Assembly: GCA_964016885.1 (NCBI GenBank)
Contig: CAXHJY010001477.1
Location: 620,001 to 684,000 of the forward strand
Direction: 5' to 3'
Length of the DNA: 64,000 bases
Origin: Eledone cirrhosa
Lineage: Eukaryota
Part shown: one piece after another, positions 51,701-64,000 of the stretch
Layout: every line of letters starts with the position of its first letter
Position numbering within the stretch: position 1 is the stretch's first letter
The notes under the pieces: model-generated
The model's input: only the letters and a program-made list of their open reading frames with translations
Told to the model about the DNA's origin: nothing
Database searches by the model: none
Program-made: the position numbers and the translations under genes

Positions 51701-54700
51701 ACTTAGATGACAGAAGGACTATTGAACTTAAGGAAGAGACACTACCTCCAACTTAGATGACAGAATGACCTGTTATTGAAGTTGAGGAAGAGACACTACC
51801 TCCAACTTAGATGACAGAAGGACCTGCTATTGAAGTTGAGGAAGCGACACTACCTCCAACTTAGATGACAGAAGGACCTGTTATTGAAGTTGAGGAAGAG
51901 ACACTACCTCCAACTTAGATGAAAGAAGGACCTGCTATTGAAGTTGAGGAAGAGACACTACCTCCAACTCAGATGACAGAAATACCTGCTATTGAAGTTG
52001 AGGAAGAGACACTACCTCCAACTTAGATGAGAGAAGGACCTGCTATTGAAGGTGAGGAAAAGACACTACCTCCAACTTAGATGATAGAAGGACCTGCTAT
52101 TGAAGTTGAGAAAGAGACACTACCTCTAACTTAGATGACAGAAGGACCTGCTATTGAAGTTGAGGAAGAGACACTACCTCTAACTTAGATGACAGAAGGA
52201 CCTGCTATTGAAGTTGAGGAAGAGACACTACCTCCAACTTAGATGACAGAAGGACCTGCTATTGAAGTTGAGGAAGAGACACTACCTCCAACTTAGATGA
52301 CAGAAGGACCTGCTATTGAACTTGAGGAAGAGACACTACCCCCAACTTAGATGACAGAAGGACTATTGAACTTAAGGAAGAGACACTACCTCCAACTTAG
52401 ATTACAGAAGGACCTTCTATTGAAGTTGAGGAAGAGACACTACCTCCAACTTAGATTACAGAAGGACCTGCTATTGTAGATGAGGAAGAGACACTACCTC
52501 CAACTTAGATGACAGAAGGACCTGCTATTGAAGTTGAGGAATAGACACTACCTCCAACTTAGATGACAGAATGACCTGTTATTGAAGTTGAGGAAGAGAC
52601 ACTACCTCCAACTTAGATGTAAGAAGGACCTGCTATTGAAGTTGAGGAAGAGAAACAACCTCCAACTTAGATGACAGAAGGACCTGCTATTGAAGGTGAG
52701 GAAGAGACACTACCTCTAACTTAGATGACAGAAGGACATGCTATTGAAGTTGAGGAAGAGACACTACCTCCAACTTAGATGACAGAAGGACTATTGAACT
52801 TAAGGAAGAGACACTACCTCCAACTTAGATGACAGAATGACCTGTTATTGAAGTTGAGGAAGAGACACTACCTCCAACTTAGATGAAAGAAGGACCTGCT
52901 ATTGAAGTTGAGGAAGAGACACTACCTCCAACTCAGATGACAGAAGGACCTGCTATTGAAGTTGAGGAAGAGACACTACCTCCAACTTAGATGACAGAAG
53001 GACCTGCTATTGAAGGTGAGGAAGAGACACTACCTCCAGCTTAGATGATAGAAGGACCTGCTATTGAAGTTGAGAAAGAGACACTACCTCTAACTTAGAT
53101 GACAGAAGGACCTGCTATTGTAGTTGAGGAAGAGAAACAACCTCCAACTTAGATGACAGAAGGACCTGCTATTGAAGGTGAGGAAGAGACACTACCTCTA
53201 ACTTAGATGACAGAAGGACCTGCTATTGAAGTTGAGGAAGAGACACTACCTCCAACTTAGATGACAGAAGGACTATTGAACTTAAGGAAGAGACACTACC
53301 TCCAACTTAGATTACAGAAGGACCTTCTATTGTAGATGAGGAAGAGACACTACCTCCAACTTAGATGACAGAAGGACCTGCTATTGAAGTTGAGGAAGAG
53401 ACACTACCTCCAACTTAGATGACAGAAGGACCTGCTATTGAAGTTGATGAAGAGACACTACCTCCAACTTAGATGACAGAAGGACCTGCTATTGTAGTTG
53501 AGGAAGAGACACTACCTCCAACTTAGATGACAGAAGGATCTGCTATTGAAGTTGAGGAAGAGACAATACCTCCAACTTAGATGACAGAAGGACTATTGAA
53601 CTTAAGGAAGAGACACTACCTCCAACTTAGATGACAGAAGGACCTGCTATTGAAGTTGAGGAAGAGAGACTACCTCTAACTTAGATGACAGAAGGACCTG
53701 CTATTGAAGTTGAGGAAGAGACACTACCTCCAACTTAGGTGACAGAAGGACCTGCAATTGAAGTTGAGGAAGAGACACTACCTCCAACTTAGATGACAGA
53801 AGGACGTGCTATTGTAGTCGAGGAAGAGACACTACCTCCAACTTAGATGACAGAAGGACCTGCTATTGAAGTTGAGGAAGAGACACTACCTCCAACTTAG
53901 ATGACAGAAGGACCTGCTATTGAAGTTGAGGATGAGACACTACCTCCAACTTAGGTGACAGAAGGACCTGCAATTGAAGTTGAGGAAGAGACACTACCTC
54001 CAACTTAGATGACAGAAGGACGTGCTATTGTAGTCGAGGAAGAGACACTACCTCCAACTTACATGACAGAAGGACCTGCTATTGAAGTCGAGGAAGAGAC
54101 ACTACCTCCAACTTAGATGACAGAAGGACTATTGAAGTTGAGGAAGAGACACTACCTCCAACTTAGATGACAGAAGGACTAATGAAGGTGAGGAAGAGAC
54201 ACTACCTCCAACTTAGATGACAGAAGGACCTGCTATTGAAGTTGAGGAAGCGACACTACCTCCAACTTAGATGACAGAAGGACCTGTTATTGAAGTTGAG
54301 GAAGAGACACTACCTCCAACTTAGATGAAAGAAGGACCTGCTATTGAAGTTGAGGAAGAGACACTACCTCCAACTCAGATGACAGAAGGACCTGCTATTG
54401 AAGTTGAGGAAGAGACACTACCTCCAACTTAGATGAGAGAAGGACCTGCTATTGAAGGTGAGGAAAAGACACTACCTCCAACTTAGATGATAGAAGGACC
54501 TGCTATTGAAGTTGAGAAAGAGACACTACCTCTAACTTAGATGACAGAAGGACCTGCTATTGAAGGTGAGGAAGAGACACTACCTCTAACTTAGATGACA
54601 GAAGGACCTGCTATTGAAGTTGAGGAAGAGACACTACCTCCAACTTAGATGACAGAAGGACCTGCTATTGAAGTTGAGGAAGAGACACTACCTCCAACTT

Positions 54701-57700
54701 AGATGACAGAAGGACCTGCTATTGAACTTGAGGAAGAGACACTACCCCCAACTTAGATGACAGAAGGACTATTGAACTTAAGGTAGAGACACTACCTCCA
54801 ACTTAGATTACAGAAGGACCTTCTATTGAAGTTGAGGAAGAGACACTACCTCCAACTTAGATTACAGAAGGACCTGCTATTGTAGATGAGGAAGAGACAC
54901 TACCTCCAACTTAGATGACAGAAGGACCTGCTATTGAAGTTGAGGAATAGACACTACCTCCAACTTAGATGACAGAATGACCTGTTATTGAAGTTGAGGA
55001 AGAGACACTACCTCCAACTTAGATGAAAGAAGGACCTGCTATTGAAGTTGAGGAAGAGAAACAACCTCCAACTTAGATGACAGAAGGACCTGCTATTGAA
55101 GGTGAGGAAGAGACACTACCTCTAACTTAGATTACAGAAGGACATGCTATTGAAGTTGAGGAAGAGACACTACCTCCAACTTAGATGACAGAAGGACTAT
55201 TGAACTTAAGGAAGAGACACTACCTCCAACTTAGATGACAGAATGACCTGTTATTGAAGTTGAGGAAGAGACACTACCTCCAACTTAGATGAAAGAAGGA
55301 CCTGCTATTGAAGTTGAGGAAGAGACACTACCTCCAACTCAGATGACAGAAGGACCTGCTATTGAAGTTGAGGAAGAGACACTACCTCCAACTTAGATGA
55401 CAGAAGGACCTGCTATTGAAGGTGAGGAAGAGACACTACCTCCAGCTTAGATGATAGAAGGACCTGCTATTGAAGTTGAGAAAGAGACACTACCTCTAAC
55501 TTAGATGACAGAAGGACCTGCTATTGTACTTGAGGAAGAGAAACAACCTCCAACTTAGATGACAGAAGGACCTGCTATTGAAGGTGAGGAAGAGACACTA
55601 CCTCTAACTTAGATGACAGAAGGACCTGCTATTGAAGTTGAGGAAGAGACACTACCTCCAACTTAGATGACAGAAGGACTATTGAACTTAAGGAAGAGAC
55701 ACTACCTCCAACTTAGATTACAGAAGGACCTTCTATTGTAGATGAGGAAGAGACACTACCTCCAACTTAGATGACAGAAGGACCTGCTATTGAAGTTGAG
55801 GAAGAGACACTACCTCCAACTTAGATGACAGAAGGACCTGCTATTGAAGTTGATGAAGAGACACTACCTCCAACTTAGATGACAGAAGGACCTGCTATTG
55901 TAGTTGAGGAAGAGACACTACCTACAACTTAGATGACAGAAGGACCTGCGATTGTAGTTGAGGAAGAGACACTACCTCCAACTTAGATGACAGAAGGACC
56001 TGCTATTGAAGGTGAGGAAGAGACACTACCTCCAACTTAGATGACAGAAGGACCTGCTATTGTAGTTGAGGAAGAGACACTACCTCCAACTTAGATGACA
56101 GAAGGATCTGCTATTGAAGTTGAGGAAGAGACAATACCTCCAACTTAGATGACAGAAGGACTATTGAACTTAAGGAAGAGACACTACCTCCAACTTAGAT
56201 GACAGAAGGACCTGCTATTGAAGTTGAGGAAGAGAGACTACCTCCAACTTAGATGACAGAAGGACCTGCTATTGAAGTTGAGGAAGAGACACTACCTCCA
56301 ACTTAGGTGACAGAAGGACCTGCAATTGAAGTTGAGGAAGAGACACTACCTCCAACTTAGATGACAGAAGGACGTGCTATTGTAGTCGAGGAAGAGACAC
56401 TACCTCCAACTTAGATGACAGAAGGACCTGCTATTGAAGTTGAGGAAGAGACACTACCTCCAACTTAGATGACAGAAGGACCTGCTATTGAAGTTGAGGA
56501 TGAGACACTACCTCCAACTTAGGTGACAGAAGGACCTGCAATTGAAGTTGAGGAAGAGACACTACCTCCAACTTAGATGACAGAAGGACGTGCTATTGTA
56601 GTCGAGGAAGAGACACTACCTCCAACTTACATGACAGAAGGACCTGCTATTGAAGTCGAGGAAGAGACACTACCTCCAACTTAGATGACAGAAGGACTAT
56701 TGAAGTTGAGGAAGAGACACTACCTCCAACTTAGATGACAGAAGGACTAATGAAGGTGAGGAAGAGACACTACCTCCAACTTAGATGACAGAAGGACCTG
56801 CTATTGAAGTTGAGGAAGCGACACTACCTCCAACTTAGATGACAGAAGGACCTGTTATTGAAGTTGAGGAAGAGACACTACCTCCAACTTAGATGAAAGA
56901 AGGACCTGCTATTGAAGTTGAGGAAGAGACACTACCTCCAACTCAGATGACAGAAGGACCTGCTATTGAAGTTGAGGAAGAGACACTACCTCCAACTTAG
57001 ATGAGAGAAGGACCTGCTATTGAAGGTGAGGAAAAGACACTACCTCCAACTTAGATGATAGAAGGACCTGCTATTGAAGTTGAGAAAGAGACACTACCTC
57101 TAACTTAGATGACAGAAGGACCTGCTATTGAAGGTGAGGAAGAGACACTACCTCTAACTTAGATGACAGAAGGACCGGCTATTGAAGTTGAGGAAGAGAC
57201 ACTACCTCCAACTTAGATGACAGAAGGACTATTGAAGTTGATGAAGAGACACTACCCCCAACTTAGATGACAGAAGGACTATTGAACTTAAGGAAGAGAC
57301 ACTACCTCCAACTTAGATTACAGAAGGACCTTCTATTGAAGTTGAGGAAGAGACACTACCTCCAACTTAGATTACAGAAGGACCTGCTATTGTAGATGAG
57401 GAAGAGACACTACCTCCAACTTAGATGACAGAAGGACCTGCTATTGAAGTTGAGGAATAGACACTACCTCCAACTTAGATGACAGAATGACCTGTTATTG
57501 AAGTTGAGGAAGAGACACTACCTCCAACTTAGATGAAAGAAGGACCTGCTATTGAAGTTGAGGAAGAGAAACAACCTCCAACTTAGATGACAGAAGGACC
57601 TGCTATTGAAGGTGAGGAAGAGACACTACCTCTAACTTAGATGACAGAAGGACATGCTATTGAAGGTGAGGAAGAGACACTACCTCTAACTTAGATGACA

Positions 57701-60700
57701 GAAGGACCTGCTATTGAAGTTGAGGAAGAGACACTACCTCCAACTTAGATGACAGAAGGACCTGCTATTGAAGGTGAGGAAGAGACACTACCTCCAGCTT
57801 AGATGATAGAAGGACCTGCTATTGAAGTTGAGAAAGAGACACTACCTCTAACTTAGATGACAGAAGGACCTGCTATTGTAGTTGAGGAAGAGAAACAACC
57901 TCCAACTTAGATGACAGAAGGACCTGCTATTGAAGGTGAGGAAGAGACACTACCTCTAACTTAGATGACAGAAGGACCTGCTATTGAAGTTGAGGAAGAG
58001 ACACTACCTCCAACTTAGATGACAGAAGGACTATTGAACTTAAGGAAGAGACACTACCTCCAACTTAGATTACAGAAGGACCTTCTATTGTAGATGAGGA
58101 AGAGACACTACCTCCAACTTAGATGACAGAAGGACCTGCTATTGAAGTTGAGGAAGAGACACTACCTCCAACTTAGATGACAGAAGGACCTGCTATTGAA
58201 GTTGATGAAGAGACACTACCTCCAACTTAGATGACAGAAGGACCTGCTATTGTAGTTGAGGAAGAGACACTACCTACAACTTAGATGACAGAAGGACCTG
58301 CGATTGTAGTTGAGGAAGAGACACTACCTCCAACTTAGATGACAGAAGGACCTGCTATTGAAGGTGAGGAAGAGACACTACCTCCAACTTAGATGACAGA
58401 AGGACCTGCTATTGTAGTTGAGGAAGAGACACTACCTCCAACTTAGATGACAGAAGGATCTGCTATTGAAGTTGAGGAAGAGACAATACCTCCAACTTAG
58501 ATGACAGAAGGACTATTGAACTTAAGGAAGAGACACTACCTCCAACTTAGATGACAGAAGGACCTGCTATTGAAGTTGAGGAAGAGAGACTACCTCCAAC
58601 TTAGATGACAGAAGGACCTGCTATTGAAGTTGAGGAAGAGACACTACCTCCAACTTAGGTGACAGAAGGACCTGCAATTGAAGTTGAGGAAGAGACACTA
58701 CCTCCAACTTAGATGACAGAAGGACGTGCTATTGTAGTCGAGGAAGAGACACTACCTCCAACTTAGATGACAGAAGGACCTGCTATTGAAGTTGAGGAAG
58801 AGACACTACCTCCAACTTAGATGACAGAAGGACCTGCTATTGAAGTTGAGGATGAGACACTACCTCCAACTTAGGTGACAGAAGGACCTGCAATTGAAGT
58901 TGAGGAAGAGACACTACCTCCAACTTAGATGACAGAAGGACGTGCTATTGTAGTCGAGGAAGAGACACTACCTCCAACTTACATGACAGAAGGACCTGCT
59001 ATTGAAGTCGAGGAAGAGACACTACCTCCAACTTAGATGACAGAAGGACTATTGAAGTTGAGGAAGAGACACTACCTCCAACTTAGATGACAGAAGGACT
59101 AATGAAGGTGAGGAAGAGACACTACCTCCAACTTAGATGACAGAAGGACCTGCTATTGAAGTTGAGGAAGCGACACTACCTCCAACTTAGATGACAGAAG
59201 GACCTGTTATTGAAGTTGAGGAAGAGACACTACCTCCAACTTAGATGAAAGAAGGACCTGCTATTGAAGTTGAGGAAGAGACACTACCTCCAACTTAGAT
59301 GAGAGAAGGACCTGCTATTGAAGGTGAGGAAAAGACACTACCTCCAACTTAGATGATAGAAGGACCTGCTATTGAAGTTGAGAAAGAGACACTACCTCTA
59401 ACTTAGATGACAGAAGGACCTGCTATTGAAGGTGAGGAAGAGACACTACCTCTAACTTAGATGACAGAAGGACCGGCTATTGAAGTTGAGGAAGAGACAC
59501 TACCTCCAACTTAGATGACAGAAGGACTATTGAAGTTGATGAAGAGACACTACCTCCAACTTAGATGACAGAAGGACCTGCTATTGAAGTTGAGGAAGAG
59601 ACACTACCTCCAACTTAGATGACAGAAGGACCTGCTATTGAACTTGAGGAAGAGACACTACCCCCAACTTAGATGACAGAAGGACTATTGAACTTAAGGA
59701 AGAGACACTACCTCCAACTTAGATTACAGAAGGACCTTCTATTGAAGTTGAGGAAGAGACACTACCTCCAACTTAGATTACAGAAGGACCTGCTATTGTA
59801 GATGAGGAAGAGACACTACCTCCAACTTAGATGACAGAAGGACCTGCTATTGAAGTTGAGGAATAGACACTACCTCCAACTTAGATGACAGAATGACCTG
59901 TTATTGAAGTTGAGGAAGAGACACTACCTCCAACTTAGATGAAAGAAGGACCTGCTATTGAAGTTGAGGAAGAGAAACAACCTCCAACTTAGATGACAGA
60001 AGGACCTGCTATTGAAGGTGAGGAAGAGACACTACCTCTAACTTAGATGACAGAAGGACATGCTATTGAAGGTGAGGAAGAGACACTACCTCTAACTTAG
60101 ATGACAGAAGGACCTGCTATTGAAGTTGAGGAAGAGACACTACCTCCAACTTAGATGACAGAAGGACCTGCTATTGAAGGTGAGGAAGAGACACTACCTC
60201 CAGCTTAGATGATAGAAGGACCTGCTATTGAAGTTGAGAAAGAGACACTACCTCTAACTTAGATGACAGAAGGACCTGCTATTGTAGTTGAGGAAGAGAA
60301 ACAACCTCCAACTTAGATGACAGAAGGACCTGCTATTGAAGGTGAGGAAGAGACACTACCTCTAACTTAGATGACAGAAGGACCTGCTATTGAAGTTGAG
60401 GAAGAGACACTACCTCCAACTTAGATGACAGAAGGACTATTGAACTTAAGGAAGAGACACTACCTCCAACTTAGATTACAGAAGGACCTTCTATTGTAGA
60501 TGAGGAAGAGACACTACCTCCAACTTAGATGACAGAAGGACCTGCTATTGAAGTTGAGGAAGAGACACTACCTCCAACTTAGATGACAGAAGGACCTGCT
60601 ATTGAAGTTGATGAAGAGACACTACCTCCAACTTAGATGACAGAAGGACCTGCTATTGTAGTTGAGGAAGAGACACTACCTACAACTTAGATGACAGAAG

Positions 60701-63700
60701 GACCTGCGATTGTAGTTGAGGAAGAGACACTACCTCCAACTTAGATGACAGAAGGACCTGCTATTGAAGGTGAGGAAGAGACACTACCTCCAACTTAGAT
60801 GACAGAAGGACCTGCTATTGTAGTTGAGGAAGAGACACTACCTCCAACTTAGATGACAGAAGGATCTGCTATTGAAGTTGAGGAAGAGACAATACCTCCA
60901 ACTTAGATGACAGAAGGACTATTGAACTTAAGGAAGAGACACTACCTCCAACTTAGATGACAGAAGGACCTGCTATTGAAGTTGAGGAAGAGAGACTACC
61001 TCCAACTTAGATGACAGAAGGACCTGCTATTGAAGTTGAGGAAGAGACACTACCTCCAACTTAGGTGACAGAAGGACCTGCAATTGAAGTTGAGGAAGAG
61101 ACACTACCTCCAACTTAGATGACAGAAGGACGTGCTATTGTAGTCGAGGAAGAGACACTACCTCCAACTTAGATGACAGAAGGACCTGCTATTGAAGTTG
61201 AGGAAGAGACACTACCTCCAACTTAGATGACAGAAGGACCTGCTATTGAAGTTGAGGATGAGACACTACCTCCAACTTAGGTGACAGAAGGACCTGCAAT
61301 TGAAGTTGAGGAAGAGACACTACCTCCAACTTAGATGACAGAAGGACGTGCTATTGTAGTCGAGGAAGAGACACTACCTCCAACTTACATGACAGAAGGA
61401 CCTGCTATTGAAGTCGAGGAAGAGACACTACCTCCAACTTAGATGACAGAAGGACTATTGAAGTTGAGAAAGAGACACTACCTCCAACTTAGATGACAGA
61501 AGGACTAATGAAGGTGAGGAAGAGACACTACCTCCAACTTAGATGACAGAAGGACCTGCTATTGAAGTTGAGGAAGCGACACTACCTCCAACTTAGATGA
61601 CAGAAGGACCTGTTATTGAAGTTGAGGAAGAGACACTACCTCCAACTTAGATGAAAGAAGGACCTGCTATTGAAGTTGAGGAAGAGACACTACCTCCAAC
61701 TCAGATGACAGAAGGACCTGCTATTGAAGTTGAGGAAGAGACACTACCTCCAACTTAGATGAGAGAAGGACCTGATATTGAAGGTGAGGAAAAGACACTA
61801 CCTCCAACTTAGATGATAGAAGGACCTGCTATTGAAGTTGAGAAAGAGACACTACCTCTAACTTAGATGACAGAAGGACCTGCTATTGAAGGTGAGGAAG
61901 AGACACTACCTCTAACTTAGATGACAGAAGGACCTGCTATTGAAGTTGAGGAAGAGACACTACCTCCAACTTAGATGACAGAAGGACCTGCTATTGAAGT
62001 TGAGGAAGAGACACTACCTCCAACTTAGATGACAGAAGGACCTGCTATTGAACTTGAGGAAGAGACACTACCCCCAACTTAGATGACAGAAGGACTATTG
62101 AACTTAAGGAAGAGACACTACCTCCAACTTAGATTACAGAAGGACCTTCTATTGAAGTTGAGGAAGAGACACTACCTCCAACTTAGATTACAGAAGGACC
62201 TGCTATTGTAGATGAGGAAGAGACACTACCTCCAACTTAGATGACAGAAGGACCTGCTATTGAAGTTGAGGAATAGACACTACCTCCAACTTAGATGACA
62301 GAATGACCTGTTATTGAAGTTGAGGAAGAGACACTACCTCCAACTTAGATGAAAGAAGGACCTGCTATTGAAGTTGAGGAAGAGAAACAACCTCCAACTT
62401 AGATGACAGAAGGACCTGCTATTGAAGGTGAGGAAGAGACACTACCTCTAACTTAGATGACAGAAGGACATGCTATTGAAGTTGAGGAAGAGACACTACC
62501 TCCAACTTAGATGACAGAAGGACTATTGAACTCAAGGAAGAGACACTACCTCCAACTTAGATGACAGAATGACCTGTTATTGAAGTTGAGGAAGAGACAC
62601 TACCTCCAACTTAGATGAAAGAAGGACCTGCTATTGAAGTTGAGGAAGAGACACTACCTCCAACTCAGATGACAGAAGGACCTGCTATTGAAGTTGAGGA
62701 AGAGACACTACCTCCAACTTAGATGACAGAAGGACCTGCTATTGAAGGTGAGGAAGAGACACTACCTCCAGCTTAGATGATAGAAGGACCTGCTATTGAA
62801 GTTGAGAAAGAGACACTACCTCTAACTTAGATGACAGAAGGACCTGCTATTGTACTTGAGGAAGAGAAATAACCTCCAACTTAGATGACAGAAGGACCTG
62901 CTATTGAAGGTGAGGAAGAGACACTACCTCTAACTTAGATGACAGAAGGACCTGCTATTGAAGTTGAGGAAGAGACACTACCTCCAACTTAGATGACAGA
63001 AGGACTATTGAACTTAAGGAAGAGACACTACCTCCAACTTAGATTACAGAAGGACCTTCTATTGTAGATGAGGAAGAGACACTACCTCCAACTTAGATGA
63101 CAGAAGGACCTGCTATTGAAGTTGAGGAAGAGACACTACCTCCAACTTAGATGACAGAAGGACCTGCTATTGAAGTTGATGAAGAGACACTACCTCCAAC
63201 TTAGATGACAGAAGGACCTGCTATTGTAGTTGAGGAAGAGACACTACCTACAACTTAGATGACAGAAGGACCTGCGATTGTAGTTGAGGAAGAGACACTA
63301 CCTCCAACTTAGATGACAGAAGGACCTGCTATTGAAGGTGAGGAAGAGACACTACCTCCAACTTAGATGACAGAAGGACCTGCTATTGTAGTTGAGGAAG
63401 AGACACTACCTCCAACTTAGATGACAGAAGGATCTGCTATTGAAGTTGAGGAAGAGACAATACCTCCAACTTAGATGACAGAAGGACTATTGAACTTAAG
63501 GAAGAGACACTACCTCCAACTTAGATGACAGAAGGACCTGCTATTGAAGTTGAGGAAGAGAGACTACCTCCAACTTAGATGACAGAAGGACCTGCTATTG
63601 AAGTTGAGGAAGAGACACTACCTCCAACTTAGGTGACAGAAGGACCTGCAATTGAAGTTGAGGAAGAGACACTACCTCCAACTTAGATGACAGAAGGACG

Positions 63701-64000
63701 TGCTATTGTAGTCGAGGAAGAGACACTACCTCCAACTTAGATGACAGAAGGACCTGCTATTGAAGTTGAGGAAGAGACACTACCTCCAACTTAGATGACA
63801 GAAGGACCTGCTATTGAAGTTGAGGATGAGACACTACCTCCAACTTAGGTGACAGTAGGACCTGCAATTGAAGTTGAGGAAGAGACACTACCTCCAACTT
63901 AGATGACAGAAGGACGTGCTATTGTAGTCGAGGAAGAGACACTGCCTCCAACTTACATGACAGTAGGACCTGCTATTGAAGTCGAGGAAGAGACACTACC
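45800..64000 (+). repeat. Quasi-regular higher-order repeat of ~44-48 monomers (2.35-2.57 kb)
   Basis: The marker CTTACATGACAG...GAAGTCGAGG occurs at 45881, 48178, 50584, 54062, 56630, 58982, 61388 and 63956. Spacings are 2297, 2406, 3478, 2568, 2352, 2406 and 2568. The order of variant monomers between markers is conserved. Confidence 0.85.

Larger units (their letters stand above)
4195..64000 (+). repeat. Satellite DNA array: 54-bp monomer plus 50-bp deletion variant, head-to-tail, ~1,100 copies, runs off the window
   Basis: The period of 54 is measured directly (e.g. CCTGCT at 4501 and 4555). The consensus is 44% GC with no CpG. The 50-bp variant (GGACTATTG versus GGACCTGCTATTG) occurs in roughly 1 of 6-8 monomers. 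The consensus has a stop in all six frames. I saw no inversions or insertions of foreign sequence. The first monomers (4195-4450) are slightly more divergent. Confidence 0.99.

Noticed and set aside
4195-64000. CRISPR array (regular period, partly palindromic repeat)
   Set aside because: There are no unique spacers: the whole 54 bp repeats with only point variants. There are no cas genes and the context is eukaryotic TE sequence.
4195-64000. Giant repetitive protein exon, including under a TAG=Gln alternative code
   Set aside because: The consensus has a stop in all six frames. Even with TAG reassigned, 4-bp deletions every ~3-13 monomers and TGA-creating variants break the frame, and the flanking TEs look like standard-code animal elements.
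4195-64000. Hammerhead-ribozyme satellite (as in newt or schistosome satellites)
   Set aside because: The monomer has TAGATGA rather than CTGANGA and no GAAA after a stem, on either strand.

Overview
Eukaryotic, non-genic DNA. The repeat content resembles coleoid cephalopod (Octopus-like) DNA; this is from recall, not a search. The first ~4.2 kb is a dense pile of decayed transposons and (TA)n/(CA)n microsatellites: a pogo/Tigger-like MITE, several RTE-clade LINE fragments on both strands and a tRNA-derived SINE. From ~4195 to the window end (about 60 kb, roughly 1,100 monomers, truncated at the edge) lies one head-to-tail satellite. Its consensus monomer is 54 bp (GAGGAAGAGACACTACCTCCAACTTAGATGACAGAAGGACCTGCTATTGAAGTT), and a frequent 50-bp variant lacks CTGC. 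There is no intact host gene, RNA gene or CRISPR array, and the listed ORFs are LINE remnants or microsatellite artefacts. The main observation is that the monomer is exactly 18 codons and continues in frame from the unique flank (KLMNVENEDQEETLPPT*MTEGPAI). That resembles the linker just upstream of the RT domain of an RTE LINE ORF2, so the satellite appears to have arisen in situ from a LINE coding segment, with its birth junction preserved. The array also shows layered higher-order structure: 158-bp trimers at the edge, a 6,134-bp tandem duplication, a ~2.4-2.6 kb higher-order repeat (HOR) on the right, and two variant domains.
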